Shown here: piece after piece, positions 53,298 to 62,836 of the stretch
Layout of the letters: every line of letters starts with the position of its first letter
How positions within the stretch are numbered: the stretch's first letter is position 1
Virus record (IMG/VR): IMGVR_UViG_3300027621_000003
Location: 1 to 64,000 of that record
DNA: 64,000 nucleotides
Direction: 5' to 3' (one strand)
Position numbers and translations under genes: made by a program
The notes under the pieces: generated by a model
Database searches by the model: none
What the model was told of the DNA's origin: nothing
What the model saw: the letters and a program-made list of their open reading frames with translations, nothing else

Positions 53298-54842
53298 ATG
53301 AAGAATCTTAAAAATAGGATTGAAGTAATTGAAGAAGATTTACAAAAAAAAGAAGTTAAAAGACAACAAGAACAAAAAGTACAAAAAGTTGTCGCAGAAG
53401 CCAAAAACATTAAGATAGAAAAATTACCCTATTCTTATGCCGCACTAAAACAATTTATTGACCCCGAAACCATGAGTGTTCATTATAACAAACACTACAA
53501 AGGTTATGTTGATAAATTAAACGGAGCATTAAAAGATGATGAGGATTTAACCTTAGAAGAAATTGTTAAAACAATAGACAGTTTCAACAAATTCATTAGA
53601 AACAATGCGGGTGGTGCCTACAACCACCAATTGTTTTGGAAAATGTTAACACCAAAAACAACAAAACCGGGTCCAATCACACTTAAAAAAATTAATCAGA
53701 GTTTTTCATCATTTGCCGACTTTAAAAAGAAATTTGAAGGTCAATCAAAAGATAGGTTTGGTTCAGGATGGTGTTGGTTAGTTCTTACAAAACGAGGAAC
53801 CTTAAAAATTATGACAACCGCGAATCAAGACAATCCACTTATGGATGTTGTTGACCAAGGTGGTTATCCAATTTTAGGTTTGGATTTATGGGAACACGCA
53901 TATTATCTAAAATATAGAAATAGGAAAGACGAATACGTAAAAAACTTTTGGAGAGTTGTTAATTGGGACTACGTAGAGTCAGAACTTTCAAGAAAGTTAG
54001 ATAAAACAGTAAAAGAATCTACAACCGCTAAAGAATTTTTGACCGAAGCGGTTAAAAGTGAACCCTGTTCAACCCAAGATAAGATGGCATCAAAGTTATT
54101 GTTTAATACAAACAGAGATGTTCTTAATCTATACAAGAATGCCATCATGCAAATTTTAAAAGATACATTTGCTGATAGATACTACAACAAAGATGAATAC
54201 GAAAAAGGACAAATGTCGGGTGTTTATAATTTGGAAGGTAAAGGAAGGTCAGTTATAAATTATTTAAACACAAACTACAGTGCATTTTGTGTATTGAAAA
54301 AAGATATAAACAAATATCTTACAAAAGTAGGTGAGGAACCTATTATTTTTTCAGATAAAACACCAAAAGAACAAGTTATTGAAATGGCAAGAATGTTGAA
54401 GGTTTTAAACAAAGTTAAGTTTAGAGTATTCTCATTGGAGTCTGAAACATTAAAGACAGTTATGAGTGTAATGGGTGTAACATCAGACAAAGGTAATAAA
54501 ACTGAAGACGCTGTTGTTGAAAAACTAAAAAAACAATTTGGTGATGAAAATGTAACTCGTATTGGTGAACTTGGAAACAAAGAAGATATGATGACGGGTG
54601 TTGATGTTAAGATTATGGTTGATGGTGTTGAAAAAACCGCACAGGTAAAACCATTCAGTCACATAACAAGAAATGATGACATGTATAAAGTTGACGGAAC
54701 CGCAAATGTTAAAAAATATCAAACAAATTGGATGATTTTTATGAAACGTTTGGATGATATGGTAATCTTTGATAATTCAAATACAAAAATCATTGACGGA
54801 GTTTATTATTTCCTAATTGATGCCAAGTTGTATCAATTATAA
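53298..54842 (+). CDS. sodA: Mn/Fe superoxide dismutase fused to a C-terminal PD-(D/E)XK-like domain
   Basis: LPYSYAAL...HYNKH, GGAYNHQLFW, FGSGWCWL, NQDNP, DLWEHAYY (all four metal ligands; GG and NQD indicate Mn type). C-terminal GNKTE...D-x3-GVD...AQVK. Confidence 0.88.
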   Translation: MKNLKNRIEVIEEDLQKKEVKRQQEQKVQKVVAEAKNIKIEKLPYSYAALKQFIDPETMSVHYNKHYKGYVDKLNGALKDDEDLTLEEIVKTIDSFNKFIRNNAGGAYNHQLFWKMLTPKTTKPGPITLKKINQSFSSFADFKKKFEGQSKDRFGSGWCWLVLTKRGTLKIMTTANQDNPLMDVVDQGGYPILGLDLWEHAYYLKYRNRKDEYVKNFWRVVNWDYVESELSRKLDKTVKESTTAKEFLTEAVKSEPCSTQDKMASKLLFNTNRDVLNLYKNAIMQILKDTFADRYYNKDEYEKGQMSGVYNLEGKGRSVINYLNTNYSAFCVLKKDINKYLTKVGEEPIIFSDKTPKEQVIEMARMLKVLNKVKFRVFSLESETLKTVMSVMGVTSDKGNKTEDAVVEKLKKQFGDENVTRIGELGNKEDMMTGVDVKIMVDGVEKTAQVKPFSHITRNDDMYKVDGTANVKKYQTNWMIFMKRLDDMVIFDNSNTKIIDGVYYFLIDAKLYQL

Positions 54843-54850
54843 TAACCTGA

Positions 54851-54858
54851 TATTTATA
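54851..54858 (+). promoter_or_regulatory. TATTTATA putative late promoter (neck gene)
   Basis: 11 nt upstream of ATG 54870. Confidence 0.65.
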
Positions 54859-54869
54859 TACAAAAGACT

Positions 54870-55985
54870 ATGGTAGTTATTGCTGAACCAGAAAGAACCA
54901 AACTGTATAACAGGATTTTAAATCAACTTGGAGCTCCATTAAGAGCTGTGGAATTAGAATTTGAAATGATGGATTCATTACTTGAATTATCCATCGGTGA
55001 CTATACGCAATATCTTTATGACTGGTTAATTGAATCACAATGGACAACATTGTATGGTATGAATTTGGATACCCAATCAGTAGCAAATGCTTTAATTAGA
55101 CGAAGTCTTGATTGGGAAACACAATACACTTACGCATATTCTAAAATTGTTGGTCTTCAAAACTCAGGTCCTTGGGTACTTAAAAAGGATTACTTTGAAT
55201 TACAACAAAATGTACAAATATATGAAATACCTGCGGGTCGTGAAATTAACGAACTTTTATGGTATTCACCAGCCGAGCAAAACAATTTGTTATTTGACCC
55301 TTTTTCATTGGGTAGTCTTGGTGGTATAGGTGGATTTGGTGGTGTAGGTGGGTTTGCTCAAGCGGGTAACGGTGGAGGATATTTTATGTTATCATCTTAT
55401 GATGTGTTAGCAAGACAACAAGACTTAAATCTTAAAAGAAGAATTATTCAACCCGATGTTAGTTATCGTGTAACAGCACTTCCCGATGGAAAAAGAGCGG
55501 TTATGTTGTATAACACACCTGGTGGTAGATTTGACTTTGGTGATAATGAATTAATGAGAGGCCGTGTTTGGTATTGGTATTATGACACAACTGATGCTGA
55601 CAGAGACCAATGTCTTAAAGATAATCCCGATATCGTAAAATTACCATCAGACATTCCATTAGACGAATTAAGCTGGATTGATTTAAACGACCCTGCAAGA
55701 CAATGGGTTAGAAGATGGTTCACCGCATACTGCAAAGAGACCTTGGCTCGTGTAAGGGGTAAATTCAGTGGTAATTTGAAGACACCTGATAGTGAATTAA
55801 CAATGGATTATCAGTCTCTTCAAACCGAAGCTAAAGATGAAAAAGTTTCTTTAGTGACAGAACTCCAACTAAGATTAGAAAGATTACGTCCTGAAAAACA
55901 AATGGAAAAAGAAGGTTCTATTGCTGAAAATTTAAACAAGCAATTAAAATATAGAGCAATGCCAATACCAATAACTGTTGTATAA
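54870..55985 (+). CDS. Neck / head-tail adaptor protein (T4 gp13-like)
   Basis: RILNQLGAPLRAVEL and WVRRWFTAYCKETLARVRGKF parallel the T4 gp13 N- and C-terminal motifs. Confidence 0.8.
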   Translation: MVVIAEPERTKLYNRILNQLGAPLRAVELEFEMMDSLLELSIGDYTQYLYDWLIESQWTTLYGMNLDTQSVANALIRRSLDWETQYTYAYSKIVGLQNSGPWVLKKDYFELQQNVQIYEIPAGREINELLWYSPAEQNNLLFDPFSLGSLGGIGGFGGVGGFAQAGNGGGYFMLSSYDVLARQQDLNLKRRIIQPDVSYRVTALPDGKRAVMLYNTPGGRFDFGDNELMRGRVWYWYYDTTDADRDQCLKDNPDIVKLPSDIPLDELSWIDLNDPARQWVRRWFTAYCKETLARVRGKFSGNLKTPDSELTMDYQSLQTEAKDEKVSLVTELQLRLERLRPEKQMEKEGSIAENLNKQLKYRAMPIPITVV

Positions 55986-55986
55986 T

Positions 55987-56322
55987 ATGCCAATAATTAA
56001 ATCAATACCCGCAATCAAAATCATTAATGGTGTTCAGATTAGAACTTCTGAATTAGCCATTGTTTCTGAACCACAATATACCACAAATGGAGAATATGCT
56101 ATTGTTGTTCGTGGTGTTAGTAATTGTATTTTAAAATTAAATTCATTAACTACGGATAGAGTTAAAATAAAAGCAATGACAAACGTATTAATTTTGCCTG
56201 ACATCAATTCAATTGATGAAGAGTGGGATGAAATCTCTATTGAAAAAGGTGCTTGTGTAGAATTTGTTTTTATTAACCAATCTTGGTATATCTTATCTTC
56301 AGATGGTTTGAAAATTTGGTAA
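55987..56322 (+). CDS. Small beta-rich protein, possibly virion-associated
   Basis: ATG 1 nt after the neck gene stop; ends with CVEFVFINQSWYI, like short tail-fibre-type repeat modules. Confidence 0.5.
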   Translation: MPIIKSIPAIKIINGVQIRTSELAIVSEPQYTTNGEYAIVVRGVSNCILKLNSLTTDRVKIKAMTNVLILPDINSIDEEWDEISIEKGACVEFVFINQSWYILSSDGLKIW

Positions 56323-59034
56323 TCCCGTAATTTGATTTTCCCAACCTTCTTCTGCTTTTTCGTAGATATAAAAAGGTTCCAATCCACGTTTTTTCCAATA
56401 AGACATTTCCTGTTCAGAAATTGTTAACACATCGTTCAAATCATCTTGGTCACCTTCACCTAATGGATGTCCATTAATTAATTCACATTGTGCTGTTGTA
56501 AATATTCCACGTTTTTCGGGGTCAGTTACAATGAACGATTCACGAACTTCATCTTTAAACACAACCAATAATGGGTCAATACGTTTGTTAAAAGTCGCAA
56601 TTGCTCTCGCCACATTATAGTTTCCTGTTAAATCAGGATTTGCTTCCAATTCCGCAGGGTCCAACAAATAACAATTCAAAACCAAACTATCCGCCTTCTT
56701 AACCACATCACCGTGAGATGCTCTTAACCCGTTATTTACATAAGTAATCACATCACCCAAGTTAACACTTAAGTTATGGTGAATTGCAAGTTCCATATGT
56801 GCTTGACGTGACATTAATGAACCCGCTTTTGTTTTTTGAGTACAACGGAATTTATAATCACTCAAAGAATGTTTAATTCTCGCTCTTTGGGCAATTTTTG
56901 CCAGAGGAACTTTCATATCATAAATCTTTTGTAGATATTCATAGTAATACTCAATAAAATCTTTACCCTGACCTTGAAGTAACATCTTAATTCCTTTGTC
57001 CAAAAACTCTTCAATATAACCTGGTAATTTCTTTGATTTAATAGTGTTACCAACCAATTTGATTTTACCCTTATCGGTCATCAAAGCGTAATTCTTACGA
57101 GCCAAGTTAATACAAGCCGGCCAAACACCATCATTATCCAAAGCCATCTCACCTCTCATGAATATGTCATTGTATTCGGCAATATCCGCAGCCGCACCAA
57201 CGTATTCTTTACCTTCCACTACTTTCCAATTCAAACCACGACCAATGTATTTACGGTCACTAATATTAGATGGTGATGAAAAGTTCACACCATCCGTATC
57301 CATTACCAATGGTTCATAGCCACGTTTCATAAAGAAACCAATCATCTGACGCAAGTATTGTCTACCTGTACAAGTAATTTGTTCACCCATGTACATATCA
57401 CCCCAATGGAATACTTGTGGTGCTGATAACGCACCAAACATTGAGTTAATAAAGATTTTAATCGGTAACTGTTTACGGTCATATGATTTTGACTTCTTAG
57501 GGTCACTCTTTTCAAACTCTTCAGCCAATTGTTTGTACATAATACGAGAATTTCTAAAGTAACCCAATAATCCTTTCATCGCACCTGTCACATCACAATC
57601 AGGAAACACATCATGTACTAACTGAATAGATGGATAAAGTGAACTAAAGTCCAATTTCAATACAGATGTAGAATAACCAACTTTAATCAAACGAGACAAT
57701 CCACCAACAAAGTCAGTCTTATCTTGTTTAGCGGGAATAGCCAAGTTGTATTTATAAGACCAAGCCAACATAATCATCTTCCACAAAGTTGCCGTACCCA
57801 TCGTACTTACACGCTCATAAGTTGTAGGAACCAACGAAGCCAAAAGGAACGAACCTTGGTTAAACTCGTCATCTACACGTAGGGTTTCATCTAAGTCATC
57901 ATCAAGATACTGTTCTACAATTTTGTCACCAGTAGTCTTGATATATGTACCAGGAAAACGTGTATCAAGGTCATCAAATTGTGGATTATCGGCCTTTTTA
58001 TACTTTCCGTTTTTAACATTAAACCAATAATCTTCTTTTTTGGCGTACATAGGACCGATTTCAGTGTGGTCAATGTATACACGGTCTTCATCTTGAATCT
58101 CCAAGTACTGAGTTATGTATTTCAAACCCGCAGACTTAATGTTTGAGTTAATCGCTTGGGCTCTACGAACTGAGTGTAAGATATCAATGATGTTATACCC
58201 CCACATTGAGGTCTGTGGGTATCTTTCTACCTCATTGGCAAGCTTCAACATTTGTTCTTTCTGAGATATGGTACGTTGGGGGTTAAGTGACTTGGCTATC
58301 TTCTTTATATCCAATCCAAGTGCCTTGGCTCTCTCAAAAATCCACAACCAGTCAAAGTTAAATGAGTTATATCCACCAATGATAGATGGTTTAAGTTCGT
58401 TAATTGTGTCAAAGAATTTAATTAAACCCAACTTTTCAGTTTCTTCTGTATCACATTCAATTACCTCGTGGAACCCTTTGTTTGTTTTCATTCCAATCAT
58501 GAATATACGACCATCCTTTGGTTCAAGTGAGGTCGTTTCTAAGTCAAATACAAGTCGGGTTATGTCATTGTATTCTTCATATCCTTTGAATAGTCGTTTT
58601 TCTTTCTGAATAAGATATTGTTCAACGGGGGGTAACATAAGAAACTTATCTTTAGCCTTATCACCCCAAGGGTCAATACCACCATCACGGAAAAATTGAA
58701 TTAATGAACGATATCCACCAAGGCATTTAACTATATAAGTTAAACCATTCTCTAATCTTTCATTATCGTGGGTTTCTAACTTGTCAATGACAATTTTATG
58801 TCTTGACATTGCATCCTTTTGTAAACCTTTTGAACCTTGATAAAAATTTAAACCCTTTAGGTCACCGACCCAAGCAAAAGGTATAAAATTATCTTTTATG
58901 ATTTGTTTTCCCTTACCAGGAACTTCTTTAATTTTGTAGATTGCGTCTGTCACATAATCAAATTCTATGGACACAATGAATTGTTCGGGGTCGCCACCTT
59001 CCAAGAACTCTTTAATTTCTTCGTTTGATATCAT
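56299..59034 (-). CDS. Family B DNA polymerase with 3'-5' exonuclease
   Basis: ExoI FDLET, ExoII GYNSFNFD, motif A LDFSSLYPS, motif B KIFINSMFG, motif C MDTDG. Confidence 0.95.
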   Translation of the reverse strand: MISNEEIKEFLEGGDPEQFIVSIEFDYVTDAIYKIKEVPGKGKQIIKDNFIPFAWVGDLKGLNFYQGSKGLQKDAMSRHKIVIDKLETHDNERLENGLTYIVKCLGGYRSLIQFFRDGGIDPWGDKAKDKFLMLPPVEQYLIQKEKRLFKGYEEYNDITRLVFDLETTSLEPKDGRIFMIGMKTNKGFHEVIECDTEETEKLGLIKFFDTINELKPSIIGGYNSFNFDWLWIFERAKALGLDIKKIAKSLNPQRTISQKEQMLKLANEVERYPQTSMWGYNIIDILHSVRRAQAINSNIKSAGLKYITQYLEIQDEDRVYIDHTEIGPMYAKKEDYWFNVKNGKYKKADNPQFDDLDTRFPGTYIKTTGDKIVEQYLDDDLDETLRVDDEFNQGSFLLASLVPTTYERVSTMGTATLWKMIMLAWSYKYNLAIPAKQDKTDFVGGLSRLIKVGYSTSVLKLDFSSLYPSIQLVHDVFPDCDVTGAMKGLLGYFRNSRIMYKQLAEEFEKSDPKKSKSYDRKQLPIKIFINSMFGALSAPQVFHWGDMYMGEQITCTGRQYLRQMIGFFMKRGYEPLVMDTDGVNFSSPSNISDRKYIGRGLNWKVVEGKEYVGAAADIAEYNDIFMRGEMALDNDGVWPACINLARKNYALMTDKGKIKLVGNTIKSKKLPGYIEEFLDKGIKMLLQGQGKDFIEYYYEYLQKIYDMKVPLAKIAQRARIKHSLSDYKFRCTQKTKAGSLMSRQAHMELAIHHNLSVNLGDVITYVNNGLRASHGDVVKKADSLVLNCYLLDPAELEANPDLTGNYNVARAIATFNKRIDPLLVVFKDEVRESFIVTDPEKRGIFTTAQCELINGHPLGEGDQDDLNDVLTISEQEMSYWKKRGLEPFYIYEKAEEGWENQITGLPNFQTI

Positions 59035-59104
59035 TTCTATAAATTTTAACCGAGTGACCTATTATCTTCCGTAAAATACGGAGTTTGTCTTACTCATTGG
59101 TTAA

Positions 59105-59133
59105 AGTATAGGTATTGGATTTAACCTCGTCAA
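59105..59133 (-). promoter_or_regulatory. Sigma70-like promoter of the DNA polymerase gene
   Basis: TTGACG-N17-TATACT followed by a structured leader of about 65 nt. Confidence 0.7.
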
Positions 59134-59531
59134 CAACAAGGACTATCTATAATAAAACTTTCTTGAACATTGATATATAACTCATCTCTTAATGGTAGAA
59201 TAAGATTTCCTTCAATTCCACCTAAAAGACCATTATTATATTTAATCAAAAATTGTCCAACATAACGACCAACACTATTTGTATCACGAGATGTGAATTT
59301 AAAATATACGTAATACTCAGGTAATGCATTTGAGTCGTCATTAACCACTTCTACAATATACGCAGGTTTTGAAACAATTTTTGGTATTCCTGTTGCTTCA
59401 TCAATCATAGAAAAGAAAATTGACGCACTACCTAAAGAATCCATAAAAGATTGGTATTCACTTCTACCGTCTCTTACCACTTGCATTTTTAAAAGTGGTA
59501 ATGTCGCGTTTTTCTTAATATTAAATTCCAT
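59130..59531 (-). CDS. Ig-like virion protein (BppU N-terminal-like)
   Basis: FNIKKNATLPLLKMQV...YFKFTSRDTNSVGRYVGQFLIKY...LILP; TATTTATA 4 nt upstream. Confidence 0.6.
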   Translation of the reverse strand: MEFNIKKNATLPLLKMQVVRDGRSEYQSFMDSLGSASIFFSMIDEATGIPKIVSKPAYIVEVVNDDSNALPEYYVYFKFTSRDTNSVGRYVGQFLIKYNNGLLGGIEGNLILPLRDELYINVQESFIIDSPCC

Positions 59532-59547
59532 TACATATAAATACTCA

Positions 59548-61221
59548 TTAAGATTCTTTTCTTAATGAACCATCATAAAAATCAAACCTATCATGTTCAG
59601 TAGGTGTCATAAGTAAGAGTCCTGGATTGATTTCTCCCTTGATTGTTTCTTGGAAAATATAACTCATCCAAGTTTGTTCAAATGGATGTCCCCATGTTGT
59701 TTCTAAAAACATTTTCTTATTACCATGACGGGTCACAACTTGTGGCCAGTTACAATAATAAATCTCACCAGATACAAATGGAACACCATTGTGAGTCCTC
59801 ACATGTTTAAATTTTGTTCTTGGAGCATTTGGGTCTTGACCATGAACAGGTAAATTGGGTTTTTCAGGCCAGTGTTCTAATCTAAAGTTTTGTGGGACAT
59901 TGTACCACGACCATTGGATACCATTATCACCATAAAATTCGCTATAATTAAACTTTAAAAAATCAAAGTGATTGTTTTTTGTAATTTCTAAGGTGTTTTT
60001 GTATAAATTTGGAACATATCTATTAAATCCATTCCTACATACCTCACCTTTATTTGGGTAAAAGAACATATCATCTTCAAAAAAGAAATGAAAATCAAAT
60101 CCATTTTCTTCAGCATGTTCTGAAATCCATTGTCTACCACCACAGATACCTAAATTGTCTTTCTTAATATGTTCAAAACCAAATTCATTACAAATTACCG
60201 AGTATTCCTCGGTAGTTGATAAATCAGATGAATTATCCAAAAGATATTTTTTTGGTTTATCTAAAAAATCTTTATCATATTGAATCATTGATTCAATTAA
60301 TGTTTTAAATTGTTTTGGGCTATTAAATGTTATAACATATAATGCCGTGTTGTCTGTATTCAAATCATCATTAATTGGTGTAAATCCCTGTTTGTTGTTT
60401 TTCTCTAATGTTTCATTCTTTAAATCCTCAAAGAATTTCCCAAATAAACCATTTGATTCAATTTCAAAGTAGTCAATTAAATCGGCATGTTTATAACACA
60501 TGATTGAAAATATTGACTCCTCAGTCCCCATAAGTCCACGAGACAACGTAGATGATAACAAATTGTAATAAATCCCGTTAATGTCCCCTATTGTGTGTTT
60601 TGGACCACCAAAGAACCCACCACGTGCAACCATTTCCACCTTTTCACCAACAATTCCATTAAGTTGATTAAAGTTAAATCCGTGTATTTCGTTTTCAGCT
60701 TGATATGGGAAACAAACAAATGAAAATTTGTTAATATGGTTAGGTAATTTCTCTAAGACTTTATCATGTGTAAAATAACCAGGGTGAACCGTGTTTGTTA
60801 AACCAGCATCAATCCAAAACATCATGTCTGAATTAAATGGGTCCATAATTCTGGCGTCATTTAACAAAAATACCTTTGACATAACCAAAGGATTATACAT
60901 ATCTAATCTTGCTTGTGTTGATTGTGATAACCAACCCGCCTGATTATACCATTCGGGGTTTGTTCTGATTGTTTGTATTTTGTCATAAAATTCATTTTTG
61001 AACCATTCTTGACTGCGAGATATAAACAATGTATTATCTTTGTTTCGTCTTTCAAAAACAAATGATTCTAAATCAGAATCACCAAAAATTATCATTGGAT
61101 TATCAACTTTTAATAGTTGGTCAAATTTATCCAAATAATGTTGAAATGAACGTGACCAACCTTCTTCTAGTTCATCACGTTTAATATTCCAAAGTCCCGT
61201 TACTAATGTTATTTTACTCAT
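59548..61221 (-). CDS. Two-domain glycosyltransferase (HtrL/YibB-like N-terminus plus GT-A/GT2-like C-terminus)
   Basis: ITLVTGLWNI, MSKVFLL, FWIDAG, GGFFGG, TEESIFS; then YVITFNS...LLDNS...NLGICGGRQ...FFEDD. Confidence 0.75.
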   Translation of the reverse strand: MSKITLVTGLWNIKRDELEEGWSRSFQHYLDKFDQLLKVDNPMIIFGDSDLESFVFERRNKDNTLFISRSQEWFKNEFYDKIQTIRTNPEWYNQAGWLSQSTQARLDMYNPLVMSKVFLLNDARIMDPFNSDMMFWIDAGLTNTVHPGYFTHDKVLEKLPNHINKFSFVCFPYQAENEIHGFNFNQLNGIVGEKVEMVARGGFFGGPKHTIGDINGIYYNLLSSTLSRGLMGTEESIFSIMCYKHADLIDYFEIESNGLFGKFFEDLKNETLEKNNKQGFTPINDDLNTDNTALYVITFNSPKQFKTLIESMIQYDKDFLDKPKKYLLDNSSDLSTTEEYSVICNEFGFEHIKKDNLGICGGRQWISEHAEENGFDFHFFFEDDMFFYPNKGEVCRNGFNRYVPNLYKNTLEITKNNHFDFLKFNYSEFYGDNGIQWSWYNVPQNFRLEHWPEKPNLPVHGQDPNAPRTKFKHVRTHNGVPFVSGEIYYCNWPQVVTRHGNKKMFLETTWGHPFEQTWMSYIFQETIKGEINPGLLLMTPTEHDRFDFYDGSLRKES

Positions 61222-62836
61222 TTTTATTTTTTATATTTTTAAAATATTTATTCCAATAATTGTAGGTTTTATAATCGTTTGGTGTACCCCAACAGATGTA
61301 ATTTTCAACCTCAAAAACTTTAACTTTTAAACCATCTTTAATATTTTGATTTAAAACATCATCAACATAAAATTCACCATTTGTTCTTATGTTTTCATTA
61401 TAATTTTTCTGTAATCCCTCCATAAAATATGTTCCCTTCCTGAAAAACATTGTACCAATTATTGCGTGAGTGATTAAAGGGTTTTCATAAATAAATTTTT
61501 TACAAGAAACATGTTTTATGTTATCATTCTCATCAACATCTAACCACGCATATGCGTTCGGATTAGTTTTACTGGCTTGATTATTTCTAAAAGTCCAAAC
61601 TATTACATCAATAGATTCATCATTTAAAAGTTCTAAATATTTTTTTCTATCATAAAAAACACCATTATCACAAGCGGAAATTAAAATGGGGTTTTCTAAG
61701 TTTATATTTGTTTCTTCAATACCTATTTCACAAGTACATGCCTGACCTTCAGTGGTTTCATTAATTGATATAACCTCTGTATTTAAAAAATGATTTTTTA
61801 AAGTCTTATCAATACCAAAATCGTCAATATGGTCTTGTAAACAAATAAACACATTATTGTCTGACTCAGGTAAACAATCAACGGCTTGTAAAATCATGGG
61901 TAATCCATCAACATCTAAAAGTGGTTTTGGTAAATCATATCCTTCTTCAGTAAATCTTGAACCTTTACCAGCCATAGGAAGTATCAAGGTGGTGTTTGGC
62001 GGGTTTTTTATTTTTATTTGTGGGAGATTAATATTTGAGAAGTATTTTGACCAACCTTTATAATTCTCTAAATCATAAGGAGTTCCCCACTGTAACATGT
62101 TTTCAATCTCAAATATACCAACTTTAAGACCATCATTAACTAACAGGTTATAAAGTAAACTTACATAATATTCACCATTTATATTAATGTCTAAATCAAT
62201 AAGTTTTTGAGAATATTCTTTTAATAAATTACCCGATTTAAAATAATACGTACCATTTGATGCGTATTCATTCATTTTGTTGTCAGTAAAAGGTTCTTTT
62301 TCTTTTATTTGAATAAGCTCCATATTACTTTCTTTACAGAAAGCATAATTGTCACTACCTAACATATGTGGGTGAAATCCTGTATAACAAGGAATTGCAC
62401 CATCAAGATTTTTATCATTTACGTAATTAATAAAATTTTCAAAATCCCAATAAGTTCCATAATCACAATAACTCACAATTGTTTGTTTGTTATTATCAAT
62501 AAAATCAAATATTTGATGAATTGCGTTTATTGGTCCCTTTGTGTTATTAGCAACTTCAAATATTCTACAATTTGGGGAAATATCATTAAGAACTTTCCTC
62601 ATATTTGTTTGTTTTAAATGAATATCATTACAAATAAAAATAACATCCTTTACACCAGGAAATAAATCAACAACATGTTTTATTATAGGATAACCATCAA
62701 CATCAATTAATGATTTGGTTTTTTCATATCCAGCGTCTATGAACCTTTTACCAATACCTGACATTGGTATAATTAATTGAATATTATTATCAATCATATT
62801 AAAATGGCATATCAATGAATTTTTCGGGGTCATCAA
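61214..62836 (-). CDS. Tandem sugar-phosphate nucleotidyltransferase-fold protein
   Basis: Two copies of the P-M-(S/A)-G-x-G-x-R-F...K-x-L-(I/L)-D-V-D-G motif, each with NGE(Y/F)YV and WGTP. True start may be near 62797. Confidence 0.82.
   Translation of the reverse strand: MMTPKNSLICHFNMIDNNIQLIIPMSGIGKRFIDAGYEKTKSLIDVDGYPIIKHVVDLFPGVKDVIFICNDIHLKQTNMRKVLNDISPNCRIFEVANNTKGPINAIHQIFDFIDNNKQTIVSYCDYGTYWDFENFINYVNDKNLDGAIPCYTGFHPHMLGSDNYAFCKESNMELIQIKEKEPFTDNKMNEYASNGTYYFKSGNLLKEYSQKLIDLDININGEYYVSLLYNLLVNDGLKVGIFEIENMLQWGTPYDLENYKGWSKYFSNINLPQIKIKNPPNTTLILPMAGKGSRFTEEGYDLPKPLLDVDGLPMILQAVDCLPESDNNVFICLQDHIDDFGIDKTLKNHFLNTEVISINETTEGQACTCEIGIEETNINLENPILISACDNGVFYDRKKYLELLNDESIDVIVWTFRNNQASKTNPNAYAWLDVDENDNIKHVSCKKFIYENPLITHAIIGTMFFRKGTYFMEGLQKNYNENIRTNGEFYVDDVLNQNIKDGLKVKVFEVENYICWGTPNDYKTYNYWNKYFKNIKNKNE

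Noticed and set aside
59045-59105. polB leader as a hammerhead ribozyme or c-di-GMP-I riboswitch
   Set aside because: CAATGAG and GACAAAC only loosely resemble the cores; the CUGAUGA/GAAA core, GNRA loop and second stem are missing.
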